This document shows, one piece after another, positions 51,613 through 61,859 of a DNA stretch of 64,000 nucleotides. The stretch comes from Lingula anatina (lineage: Eukaryota > Animalia > Brachiopoda): assembly GCA_051362555.1 (NCBI GenBank), contig CM120645.1, positions 18,414,001-18,478,000 on the forward strand, written 5' to 3'. The notes under the pieces are model-generated. The model worked only from the letters and a program-made list of their open reading frames with translations. It was not told the DNA's origin and did not search any database. The position numbers and the translations under genes are program-made. Within the stretch, counting starts at the first letter, position 1. Every line of letters starts with the position of its first letter.

Positions 51613-54297
51613 GTCCTGGTTACAAAACTAATTTGCTGTAAAGAACTTATTGGTATTACATTGGGCAGTCAGCCAGCTCTTGTTCACAAATGTAGCTTTG
51701 TAAACTGGCAAGTTTTACTACAAATAAAAATTATTCAGTCTGAAACCTAAATGCAGGAAATAAAAATGATGGAATAATTTTTTACATTATATACTGTGAT
51801 AAAGAAAATGATCAATCAAATTTTGCATTGTCTGTGACTCTGAAATTAGATACGGTTTAATGATTGTTTGGCTGATTTATATTCCTGTTAATGTGATTTA
51901 AGTAAGCCTTCTGTAAGATCCCTTTATGCACATATTGACATTTCTGTTTCTTTTGTTATTAAGGAAAAGGAGTGAAACAGAATTCTGACAAAAGGAGACT
52001 TGTTTCTTCTTAACAGTGAGCTAACTTGTGTCAAATCTTTTACAATATTTCATTTCAGAAAAAAATTACATTGAATTAAAATCTGATATTTTTATCATTA
52101 CTTTCAAGCCAACTTATTTATGAAATAGCCCTGAGGTCACAGATGTCTCAGATTTGGACTATGTAGAGCTCATTTTATTATGTGCTATCCAGTAGTCATT
52201 CTTTTAGGTCAATACCAGTCCTATTTCCCTCTGAAAAGTCCCTTCATTGTTTCATAATAATGGAAAGAGAGATATCTGTTTGTTTTCAGTTTATTTTCAG
52301 AGTACAACATTTTAAATTTGTTTGCTGAAAAACATTGTATTTTGAGAAAGTGTCAGTCATGCATTGGTATTATAACAGTGCCCTTAATAATTACAAAATA
52401 AGATATAAGATAACCATTGATAGTTTGATCTGATAACAGAAAAGGACTAAAATGACAAATTTTAGTTTTTTAATCGAAATTGAACACAGGAAAACAGGCT
52501 ACTTGCACATTTTACCAGCTTTACTGCCACGCATGATATTGAGATTAAAGGGATAATAACTGTTTTCAAAGTTTACTGGCCCAAGTCCAATTCTCATAAA
52601 AAAACTTAATTTAATTTGAGTACATGTAATACAGCCAAACAAAATTAACTGGGCCACTAACTTACTCTTTTTAAGAAATTTCACAGGCCCAGTCCGCTTT
52701 TTCATTGGTACTGGGCTAGTTGTTAATATCACAGACTGTTATACCATGGCCCTTTCACTATATTGGTTTTTGATTTTTTTTTTCAATGTGATATAGTAAC
52801 ATTGAATTTATGTTCACTTCTGATGTGTATAGAGACTGTGAGGTGACTGAGAATAATTCAGAATGTCATTAAGGAAAAATATATATTGAATGATACTTCA
52901 AGCATTCTTTGTTGGCAAGTCTTATCCAGTATCTTCCCTGAAATCTACAACTCATTGATCAAGTGAGATTTTCTTCGTGGCCTATTCTTCTGTCTTGCTT
53001 GTACCATGTCAATCAGAAAAGAGGGAAATCTGTATGATAGAAAAAAAAACAAACATAATAATAATAATACCATTAGGAACTACTAGTAAATACGTAGACA
53101 TTATGGTATTATGCAATGAACTAAATTTAATCTGCCATTGTTTTCAAGTGATTTGACTGAAATAATGTCAACCGCATAGATTTAAATATACAATTTACTA
53201 TTAAATCTAAATACAACATCAAGATTAAAGGTCACAGGAAGGAAATTGCATTTATAAAAGAAATTAGATATTAAAATTTTTAAAATTTGTCCTGGTTCCC
53301 ACTGTCGTCCTGACAGGACACAAAGAGGATCTCAGAGGGACTGGCCGCTAAACTGAACATGCCCAAGATTTGTTGTAGTTTATCGAAAAAGCGCCATCTG
53401 GGATAGGATTTTCATTTAGCTCTTGTGATCTCAACAGTGTCTCAAGCGGAAGAACAGAATAACATTTTCTGACCTCCAAGTTAATGTTTTAGGGTTGTAG
53501 AATCCAGATATTGGGTTATTAACTAAAGATATTTTCACCAGTGTGGAGTAATAATTTACCGCCTCAAAACAACCACACACGTAACCGATTATCAATCGGC
53601 AACAATAATTCAAAATATCACAACAAAACTTAAATAAACTTGGCCTTGCCGCTTTGTCTTGTGATACATGGCATGCTCTAAATTTTCATTAACTAACCCG
53701 TATAATCTTTTACTAGTGTAAAGACTTACCTTAACTACAATCCTTGACTAATGTTTTTAAAAAAACCAAGTCATATGGAATCACTTGCACACTTTGTTGA
53801 TTTCTGGAGATGGTGAAGTCGTGTGTCTCTGTCTTGTGCAGGGAAACAAACTACTCAGAGGACACTTACACAAACCATGCCTGGATAAGTTGCATCGTAA
53901 AGATTCTCTTATTACGTGAAAGTACGTGTACGCTCTTGTCATAAAGATGAGACTGTGGAGAGACATTACAGGTTTGTTTTCCAAGCAAACATCATATTGA
54001 CATTGATATATAAGTAAGTGTTTACATAACACAGGAAAAGCTTATTCTTTCAACGACCTTACCACCTAGAATGTATCTGGTATACAGGATGTTTGATTGA
54101 AAACCAGGTGTTCAAATGATTTGGTGCAGCAGCCTCGGTTTGAAAATCGTTAGCATTGGTATAACTTATGTCTATAGCTAGAACACCCCCCCCCCCCCCC
54201 CAGCGGGGCTGAGGGGTTATTATAGTGAGTTTAATTAGGGATTGTACAGGATCTTTGGGAGTTTGGGGTCAATCGGTGCATTTTCATGGGAGCAACA

Positions 54298-55332
54298 GCC
54301 ATTAAATGAGATGACATATAACACGCATTGAGATTTCCCTGTAAAGTCCCATAAGTTAAGCTATCTTAACTGTTTCACATAATATTAGGAATCTGTGATG
54401 ATTATGCAGGTAAATGTTGTTTAATATTGCAAATAAGTTTACAAAAGAAAAAAATTTTGTGTAACGCCAACATTAATGCTATAGATGAATAACAGTGCCT
54501 TGTTATTCTCAAATTCAATGGGGTTGTAGATATGTTAATACAACTAGATTAAAGTTTGAACAGCAGCTTTATTGGAATTTTTTGTTATATTTTATCTAAT
54601 TTTTATATTATAATTATTTTTCAAACACTAGCATCTTCAAGATGTAACTTTTAACTCCCATCCACCAAAAGCACTGTGCATTTTCTGTATTTCCACTTGA
54701 GCAACTGTATTGGTTTTTATGTCTTTAAACATTATTTAATATTATTTTATGCACTGTCATCATTTTTCACATATTGGGATTTTCATTATGTGAATTTGAA
54801 CTCTCACATATGGCCCTGAAACTGTAATTTTATTCACCATGTTACCTGTTGTCCATGATTAAATTTAAAGGGATGATAACTGTTCGTTTTGGCCAAAAAA
54901 TTAATTTTCTTGGAGTAAACAACAATTTTCCCATACTTACTAATGGTTAATGAATCCATTTCTACACTCAAAGTTAGTCCCTGAATTTTTTTCTAAAAAG
55001 TTTGTCTTTTGTAATAATCTTTTAAGAGATTTTAACATAGTATAGCCATCTATGGAGGTCAAGTGATCCGATGACAAGCTCAGATATCAAAATAATAGCT
55101 ATAACTGCCATTTTTGTGGTAAAACAGAATATATTATATTTTTATGAGTTGTTTACAATGTTTTTATTGTGAAATATAGATCTCATACAAAGAGTTATCC
55201 CTTTAAGTGTTGATTGACTGTGCTGTTATAAGCATTATTTATTTTTGTATCAAAATTGACAAAATGACCTATTTTCTGCATCTTCATTTTCTGCTTTTTG
55301 TCTGTACATTTGACAGCTTTGCTGCCTTGTTC
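54298..55332 (+). mobile_element. 3' part of HINE-like element interrupted by a TTAA MITE
   Basis: Homologous to 33548-34245; ends GTCTGTACATTTGACAGCTTTGCTGCCTTGTT. Confidence 0.75.
54869..55202. mobile_element. Kolobok-like MITE
   Basis: TTAA|AGGGAT ... ATCCCT|TTAA; inverted homolog at 59221-59781. Confidence 0.7.
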
Positions 55333-55494
55333 CAGATATTTGTGGTAGCCGAGGACAACTGCTGATCAGTGTCTTAACCTATATGTCAATGTCTGAGACA
55401 AACACATATGCTTATTTTCATGTACTTATTGTAATTATCTTAGACTAATGCTTCTTTTTATTTGATTTTTATAACTCTGTTGTTTGTATTCCAG

Positions 55495-55627
55495 ATCGAA
55501 GGTATAGATGAAGACAACTCTCGAGTGATGGTCAAACTCACCATTAGCCAGCAACTCATCTCAATCAACAAATTCCACCTTCAGCTTGTAAGCAAAACAG
55601 ACTATGAGAAAAATGCCAAAATTTTAA
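55495..55627 (+). CDS. GPKOW: GPKOW exon, rest of first KOW motif (IEGIDEDNSRVMVKLTISQQLISINKFHLQLVSKTDYEKNAKIL)
   Basis: Long pyrimidine tract plus ccag acceptor, GTAAGC donor; joins exon 6509-6710 in phase 0 to give LYGK|IEGID, as expected for GPKOW. Confidence 0.9.
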
Positions 55628-56243
55628 GTAAGCATTGACACTATTACCTTACTATAACATCATCTAATGCTTTAGGTAGTTGAAAGACTTAATTTACTTT
55701 ATTCTTAGTAAATAGAGGATAAAATAGAAGATGTGCCTTATCTGATAGAATATTAGTCTGTTGTTATGTATAGACACAGATGTGTGTGTACATAATAGCC
55801 ATTACCTGTGTCTGTCATCTCCATTGTTGCTGTGTACTTTCAGTGATAACACAAAACTGGAAAACTGTTTCAACTTTTGTCTTCAATCTTACAGAACTGA
55901 TGAACATTCATAAAATACAGGTTGAGTTCAAACTAAAGCATAATTGGGCCTTTTTTTTTTTTTTTTTTTTGTACAGACACAGATGTCTATACCTGGCCAT
56001 TATTTATCTATCTTAATTTTTTTAGATCAAAATTGCTGACAAAACTAGCACTTTAAGGGTTGCCATTATTCATACAAAAACAATGTCATGTCAGTATAAA
56101 AATCTCCAAAAAAACTTCTATAATAAAGTGAAAGCTGAGGGGACTTAAGAGTTTCCTCATATATATATTTCATTGAGGCGTAACTAATAAACGGAACCAG
56201 AGGAGACAGGGTTGTGCCGGAAGTGTGATGCCATGTGAAGTGG

Positions 56244-56780
56244 AGTGGTGCAAGATGTGTAGCTAAGTGGTCATTTTTAGCTGGAAGTGAGCGAGAGTGA
56301 AGACGTGGGCTCAGAGAGGCTCGAAGAGGCTGTCGGAATGTCATCTTTGTCATGGCTTTTGTCACTGATTAGTGCATGCCCCCATGTATTAGTTGTATTA
56401 GTCTGATCATATATGTGGAATTTCATGTCAGCTCTACATATAACCATTGTCCTAGAATCAATAAAACACCAAAAATAATTAGATATGGGCATATCAGATT
56501 ACATACATGCAAAAATTGCACATGACAAAGATTTACAGCCTCGTGGCAATCTTGCAATCTTGACTGCAAATTAAGCACAATTTTACATCTTCAAGTTTTG
56601 TAACATGTTTTCATATCATGTAATTATTCTTTCTACAAGTATTATCTGCCCTAAATGCCAAAAGATAAAATTGTTATCTTACCGTGTTGTTGGAAAAACC
56701 TATTTTCTCTGAGCCCACGTCTTCACTCCCATTCACCTCCAGCTAAAAATGAGCACTCAGCTTCACTTCTTGCACCACTC
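56244..56780. repeat. Imperfect inverted repeat pair of about 75 bp, probably inside an unclassified transposon
   Basis: AGTGAAGACGTGGGCTCAGAGA and TCATTTTTAGCTGGA (56244-56317) mirrored at 56706-56780. Confidence 0.7.
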
Positions 56781-57220
56781 AACGCAAAACATGGTAAACT
56801 GGTGTTGATGTGCAATAGAATGTTTTCAGGAGTTCACTTCTTTTACATATACTGATAAAAATGTTGCCTTCAAAAATTTATGAGCTATGCAAAAAAAAAA
56901 AAAAAAAGGTAGCAAAATATCACCCTCTTGCTGAATTTAAACAATTTTGAATGTGTAAAAGATTTTCATTCATTTATATTTCTTTACCATTATCATAGCA
57001 CCGGTCAAACTGTTTGGCACATTACCATACATTTCTATACCACTCTACAGATAAAAAGGTTTGCAATATTGTTAGACAGTTTTTGTGATACAGTCGCGGC
57101 CTTGAGCTTTAGGATATTTAGAGTATAGAGACGGGAAATCTTCATTAGTGTCACTAACATTGTGTTTGCATCATTGTAGTGTTCTTTATGCAGATTAATT
57201 ATTTTCTAATGAATTTTCAG

Positions 57221-57329
57221 ATAAGGTAAAGGTAGACGACTATTATGCAGAAGAAAAGAAAAACAAGTCACATAGAAATATTTCACCAGAGTCCAGTAGA
57301 GAAAACTATGAACACAAAAAAAGAGACAG
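57221..57329 (+). CDS. GPKOW: GPKOW exon, charged linker (KVKVDDYYAEEKKNKSHRNISPESSRENYEHKKRD)
   Basis: ttttcag acceptor, GTAACA donor; phase 1 in, phase 2 out; open frame. Confidence 0.8.
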
Positions 57330-58418
57330 GTAACAGTAGTAGAATGACAATAATGAAAAAATATCATGTTAAATGAGGTATTCAGTTATCATTATGGTAC
57401 AGATATATTTAACAATTCCCTACAGTATGCATCCTTTACGAAGGGATTACCATCCATTAGACATGTGGGTAATATGTCCTCCTAAACTACAACAGCCTGC
57501 GTACCCATCTCTTGGATTTAGGTCAACTCGATCCGCGTAAATTTTGGGCTTTGTCAGTACATGGGCAGGCCTACCCAACTACCAGACTCCGCACTGAATG
57601 ATCCTGAATTCACCAGTATATGGGACCACATTGTGTCCTATCATTATGTAGTTGTAATACATATGGAAAAGAAAAATATATAAATGAATAATGTGTATTT
57701 TTATTATACCCACCTTCACCTCAGCCGAGGAAGCTTGCTGCTGCTGCTGCTTCACGTCTAAATAACACATTTCTTTTGAATTGCACTTCTAAGTTCATCA
57801 TCCAAAATGCCAGAAAACTGATGCACAGTTTCAAAATGAGATTTCTCTGCCTTTTGACTTGTGTAAGCGAGTTTGTTGTCCAATTTATCAGAAAAGTGCT
57901 GCTTCGTATTGTCCAAATAACTTTTTTCTGCCTTTTGACTCGCCGTTGGAAGTTCATCACCCGATACGTTAGAAAAATGTGAAAAACTCGGCTGCTTATA
58001 CATTTCTGGAATGTCGCTCTGTCATTTGGCTTTGCCAACAATGGATGAGAGGGGGTGACTGCCACGTGCGGAAGATGGGCAGGAAATCGGCCAACTACTC
58101 ACGGAAAACCACTGACCCTTGCCTCTGCCAATACACATGCAACCACAATCCATTCACACAAATAAAAGTGATTGGACAAAGACCACAATTGGACAGAAAC
58201 TTTCAGCATAAATGAGGGGGAAGTCCATTCTCAGCGTGTTCTATTCAAAGTTAGGGGTTTTGGGTGGGGAACATGCACGATTTCCCTTTCTGTGTATGAT
58301 AAATAATGCACTGTTTACACCCTATTGCTCGGCATGCTGTCGTGTATATCAGGCTCGTGGACAGTGCATTATTTACATGTAGTACTTAATGAAATTGTGT
58401 TTTACATTCTACATATAG

Positions 58419-58499
58419 GAAGTGGCAACGAGAAGGGGACTCCAAGGACAAATCTAGAGATGCTGACAGGAAACGTAAATATGAAGATGATAAATCCGA
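58419..58499 (+). CDS. GPKOW: GPKOW exon, charged linker (KWQREGDSKDKSRDADRKRKYEDDKS)
   Basis: atatag acceptor, GTAAGC donor; 81 nt, phase 2/2 (symmetric); low-complexity R/D/K sequence. Confidence 0.75.
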
Positions 58500-58510
58500 G
58501 TAAGCTCTTA

Positions 58511-58727
58511 GATCCCATTTCCATAGATTTTAGATAGATCTATCCCTGTGGGGAGTTTCACTAGATGACTGTCAGCTTAAGCGTCTGTCCCGCCTACCAA
58601 AAGTGAAAGGGGGTAATTAACTATGGTGCGCGCTCGGCTGACTGCAATTTAGCGTGAACCCCCAGGGAGTTAGGTCGATCTAAATCTAAATCTCTGGATC
58701 GATCTAAATCTCTGGGGGTTCACGCTA
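58511..58727. mobile_element. Palindromic MITE with rearranged right end
   Basis: Inverted homolog of 59251-59464 (GTCCCGCCTAC, GGGGGTAATTAACT, TAGCGTGAACCCC). Confidence 0.7.
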
Positions 58728-59220
58728 CCCATATATTTATATTGGTCTTTAATTTAATACTAAAATATATGAGGGGAGAATGTACATAGAAATAGCTGAA
58801 TATAAAATAAGATTGAAAACAGAGGTCCACATGTATGACTACTGCATTTATATTAGAAAAGTAGAAAGAGTTGAATGAGATGTCTACAGCATAGCATTTA
58901 AGTGTATAAAACTATTACTCATGATTTATTAGTAGACACTGGGCAATGATCTTCTTAATTTCATTAAACAATGATGTTTATTAATGTGAAAATAGTTTCA
59001 TTGGATCTAAGTTTTTGATTGTCAGAAAGTTTTCTTTTATGATAATCCCAGATATTTAATTTACCTGTTGACTGTTTTATCTGTTCACTCTGACTTTCGC
59101 ATATTAACCTGAAGCCCTGTACTAGTAACATTTTTTGCATTTCTAAATAAGCAATAGTAAAGGTCTTTATGCTGTTAAGCATTATGTTGAATTATTTTAT
59201 GCACTGTCCTCATTATTTAA

Positions 59221-59781
59221 AGGGATAATAACTCTTCGTATGAGATCTATGACCCCATTCCCTGAGATAAGATCGATCCAACTAGATCAACCTAACTCCC
59301 CAGGGGTTCACGCTAAATAGCTGTCAGCCGAGGGGGTACGAAAGTTAATTACCCCCTTACAACTTGTAGTAGGCGGGACGGACATTTAAGCCGGATTATC
59401 TGACAGTAATCTAGTGAGACTCCCCACGGGGATAGATCGATCTAAAATCTATGGGAATGCACCCTTTGTTTCACAATAAATACATTATAAACAACTCGTG
59501 GAAATATAATATATTCTGTTTTACCACAAAAATGGCAGTTATAGCTATTTTTCTGATATCTGATATCTTTTGTCATTAGACCATTTGATCTCCATAGATG
59601 GCTATACTCTGTAATAATCTCACAAGAAATTATTACAAAAAAAACAAACTTTTTGGAAAAAAAAATAAGGGACTAACTTTGAATGTAGAAATGGATTCAT
59701 TAACCATTAGTAAGTATGGGGAAATTGTTGTTTACTCTAGAAAAATTCATTTTTTGGCCAAAACGGACAGTTATTATCCCT
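59221..59781. mobile_element. Kolobok-like MITE containing a nested palindromic MITE (59251-59464)
   Basis: TTAA|AGGGATAATAACT ... AGTTATTATCCCT|TTAA; the copy at 54869-55202 shows the empty site. Confidence 0.75.
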
Positions 59782-59907
59782 TTAAGCTCTATTCTTATTG
59801 TCCACGGTACCTGCTTTGCATAATTAAAATAAGCTGTTGATTGACTTTGACTTTGCTGTTTAGCATTATTTATTGTTACTCCAAAATTGACTAAGTGAAA
59901 TATATAT

Positions 59908-60120
59908 AATAGAAAATTTAACACCAAATCTTAATTATGCATAACATGTAACACAGATATTAGGAACATGTTACATGTTAACATAAATATTTGTTCTCAT
60001 GCTGGCATTTTCAGTGTGTGAATTTAAACTCATGGGCCTGAAGCCTTATGCTAGTAACATGTTCCTAATATCTGTGTTACATGTTATGCATAATTAAGAT
60101 TTGGTGTTAAATTTTCTATT
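59908..60120. repeat. Perfect 67-bp inverted repeat with 79-nt spacer
   Basis: 59908-59974 is the exact reverse complement of 60054-60120. Confidence 0.92.
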
Positions 60121-60362
60121 GTATTTGTATTTGCTTTGTATTATTGCATCATTATTGACAAAATACCTATTTTGTGCATCATTATTTTCTGGGTTGTTCA
60201 CTTGTATGTTTGACAGCTTTGCCTCCTTGTTGTATTCACATGAAGATGTTTGTAGATTTGTAACCAGTTAGTATTTGACAATTGACTTATAAACAGTATG
60301 AACTAGCAGGCATAATTCCCATTAACATCATTAATTTTTTAGAATTACAATACTTTTTTTAG

Positions 60363-60486
60363 GTCTCATACAAGTAAGAAGTCCAGTAGCAAAAGTTCCT
60401 CACACACAGATTGCTGGCTCCATCCACTGCTCAGGGTTAGAATAGTTGATAAACACTACAGGAAGGGGAAGTACTACAATATGAAG
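60363..60486 (+). CDS. GPKOW: GPKOW exon (SHTSKKSSSKSSSHTDCWLHPLLRVRIVDKHYRKGKYYNMK)
   Basis: ttttttttag acceptor, GTAAAG donor; WLxxxLRVRIVDxxYxxGKYY motif of the GPKOW/KIN17-type C-terminal SH3-like region. Confidence 0.92.
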
Positions 60487-61338
60487 GTAAAGTTGAAATT
60501 ATGATGGTTTATCTACATGAAACTTCTTTTGCAGGTGACTTCTCAAGTTTGAATGCCTTAGATGAGCCCCAGTTTAGAACAACTGTAGGTCATGTAGTCA
60601 TTTGTTATCTTGAGCATGTGGTTCCTGGTGAATAAACAATACAAACTATTATTTCATGACACAAATGTAAAAACAGTGGTTGCAAGCATGGCAGTGCAAA
60701 CGGGGAACCGTTAATCTGATTACCTACCCATTCTTTACATTCCGTATTAGCTGCAGAGAACACAATAATCCATCATTAAAAATAGTTCAGGGTTGAGAAA
60801 AATAACCTGTAGGCCAACAGTGAGAGGCCCAGATGAAAGCTGGCCTAATTGTTTGCACTCTTTTATGTGATGCTTGAGACCACTATTTTTCTGCTTGTGC
60901 CATGAAATCGCAGTATGAGCCATTAATTCAGCATTTGCAATCAATCACAAAACTGTGGCTCAAAATCACAAATGGCACTTTGTTTGAAGGGTTGTACTTT
61001 TTTAGAGCCTTTAAAAAACCATGATACTTTAATTAATGCATTTGTACACCACAAAGGAAAGAGATCAAGTTGGAATGAGGCAGTTGATGGTAACGTAAAG
61101 GAAAATGATGTGTGATAGCTCTTGCAGCAATTATATTAATGGTGTAAAAACTGTTATTCTCCAACAGGGAATTAGGACATCAAGCAAATTATTATAATTC
61201 TTCGAAGCCAAATTGTTCCCTGAGGTACAGGTAGACTGGTTTTACATGTAGATGAGCCTTTTGGAAACATTTTGGCCTTATTTATATGTAGGCAATTGCA
61301 ATGTTGTCAAGCCTTAATTGTATTGTTGTCTAATCTAG

Positions 61339-61408
61339 GTTGAAGTAGTGGACGTTGTGACAACAAATACATGTGTATGTAAGACAGAACAGGGCAAGGT
61401 GCTTGAAG
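61339..61408 (+). CDS. GPKOW: GPKOW exon (VEVVDVVTTNTCVCKTEQGKVLE)
   Basis: tctag acceptor, GTGAGC donor; phase 0 in, phase 1 out; DVxxxxxCVCxTxxGxVLE motif. Confidence 0.92.
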
Positions 61409-61773
61409 GTGAGCAGTAAATTGGGACAAGCTTTCTCAACTGACACAATCAGAAATGTGGTCTGTGAAAAATTAACCCATCTTCCATTCCAATGTCAAAA
61501 TATTTTTGTTGTATAGCTTGTGTACTGCTGTGTTATCAATTTCATTTCCTTTTTGTACAAATGTACTGCTTGTTAAAAAATCAATATTACACTATGTACT
61601 GGAGCATATGGTTTGAACTTTCTATGTATTGAAAAGCAGTTGTTTAGTTGTTTCATAAATGTGATAGATTTCTAGTCCTAAATTTCCAGTAACTCATACT
61701 TGAAAACTTTTCCATGCATTCCTATGACTATCCGCATGATGATACAGTATTAAGATGTGTGCTCATACTTCAG

Positions 61774-61859
61774 ATCTGTCTCAGTCCATGGTCGAAACTG
61801 TGATCCCTAAAGCTGATTCTGCTCATGTGATGATTGTCAGTGGGAAGTACAAGGGGCAG
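61774..61859 (+). CDS. GPKOW: GPKOW exon, start of C-terminal KOW (DLSQSMVETVIPKADSAHVMIVSGKYKGQ); terminal exon not seen in window
   Basis: cttcag acceptor, GTATGT donor; ETVIPK and VMIVxGxYKGQ KOW motif. Confidence 0.92.

Noticed and set aside
57567-58330. Host gene in the GC-richer stretch with overlapping short ORFs
   Set aside because: Begins with CAGGCCTACCCAACTACCAG, also found near 1943, so it is most likely transposon debris; no recognisable domain
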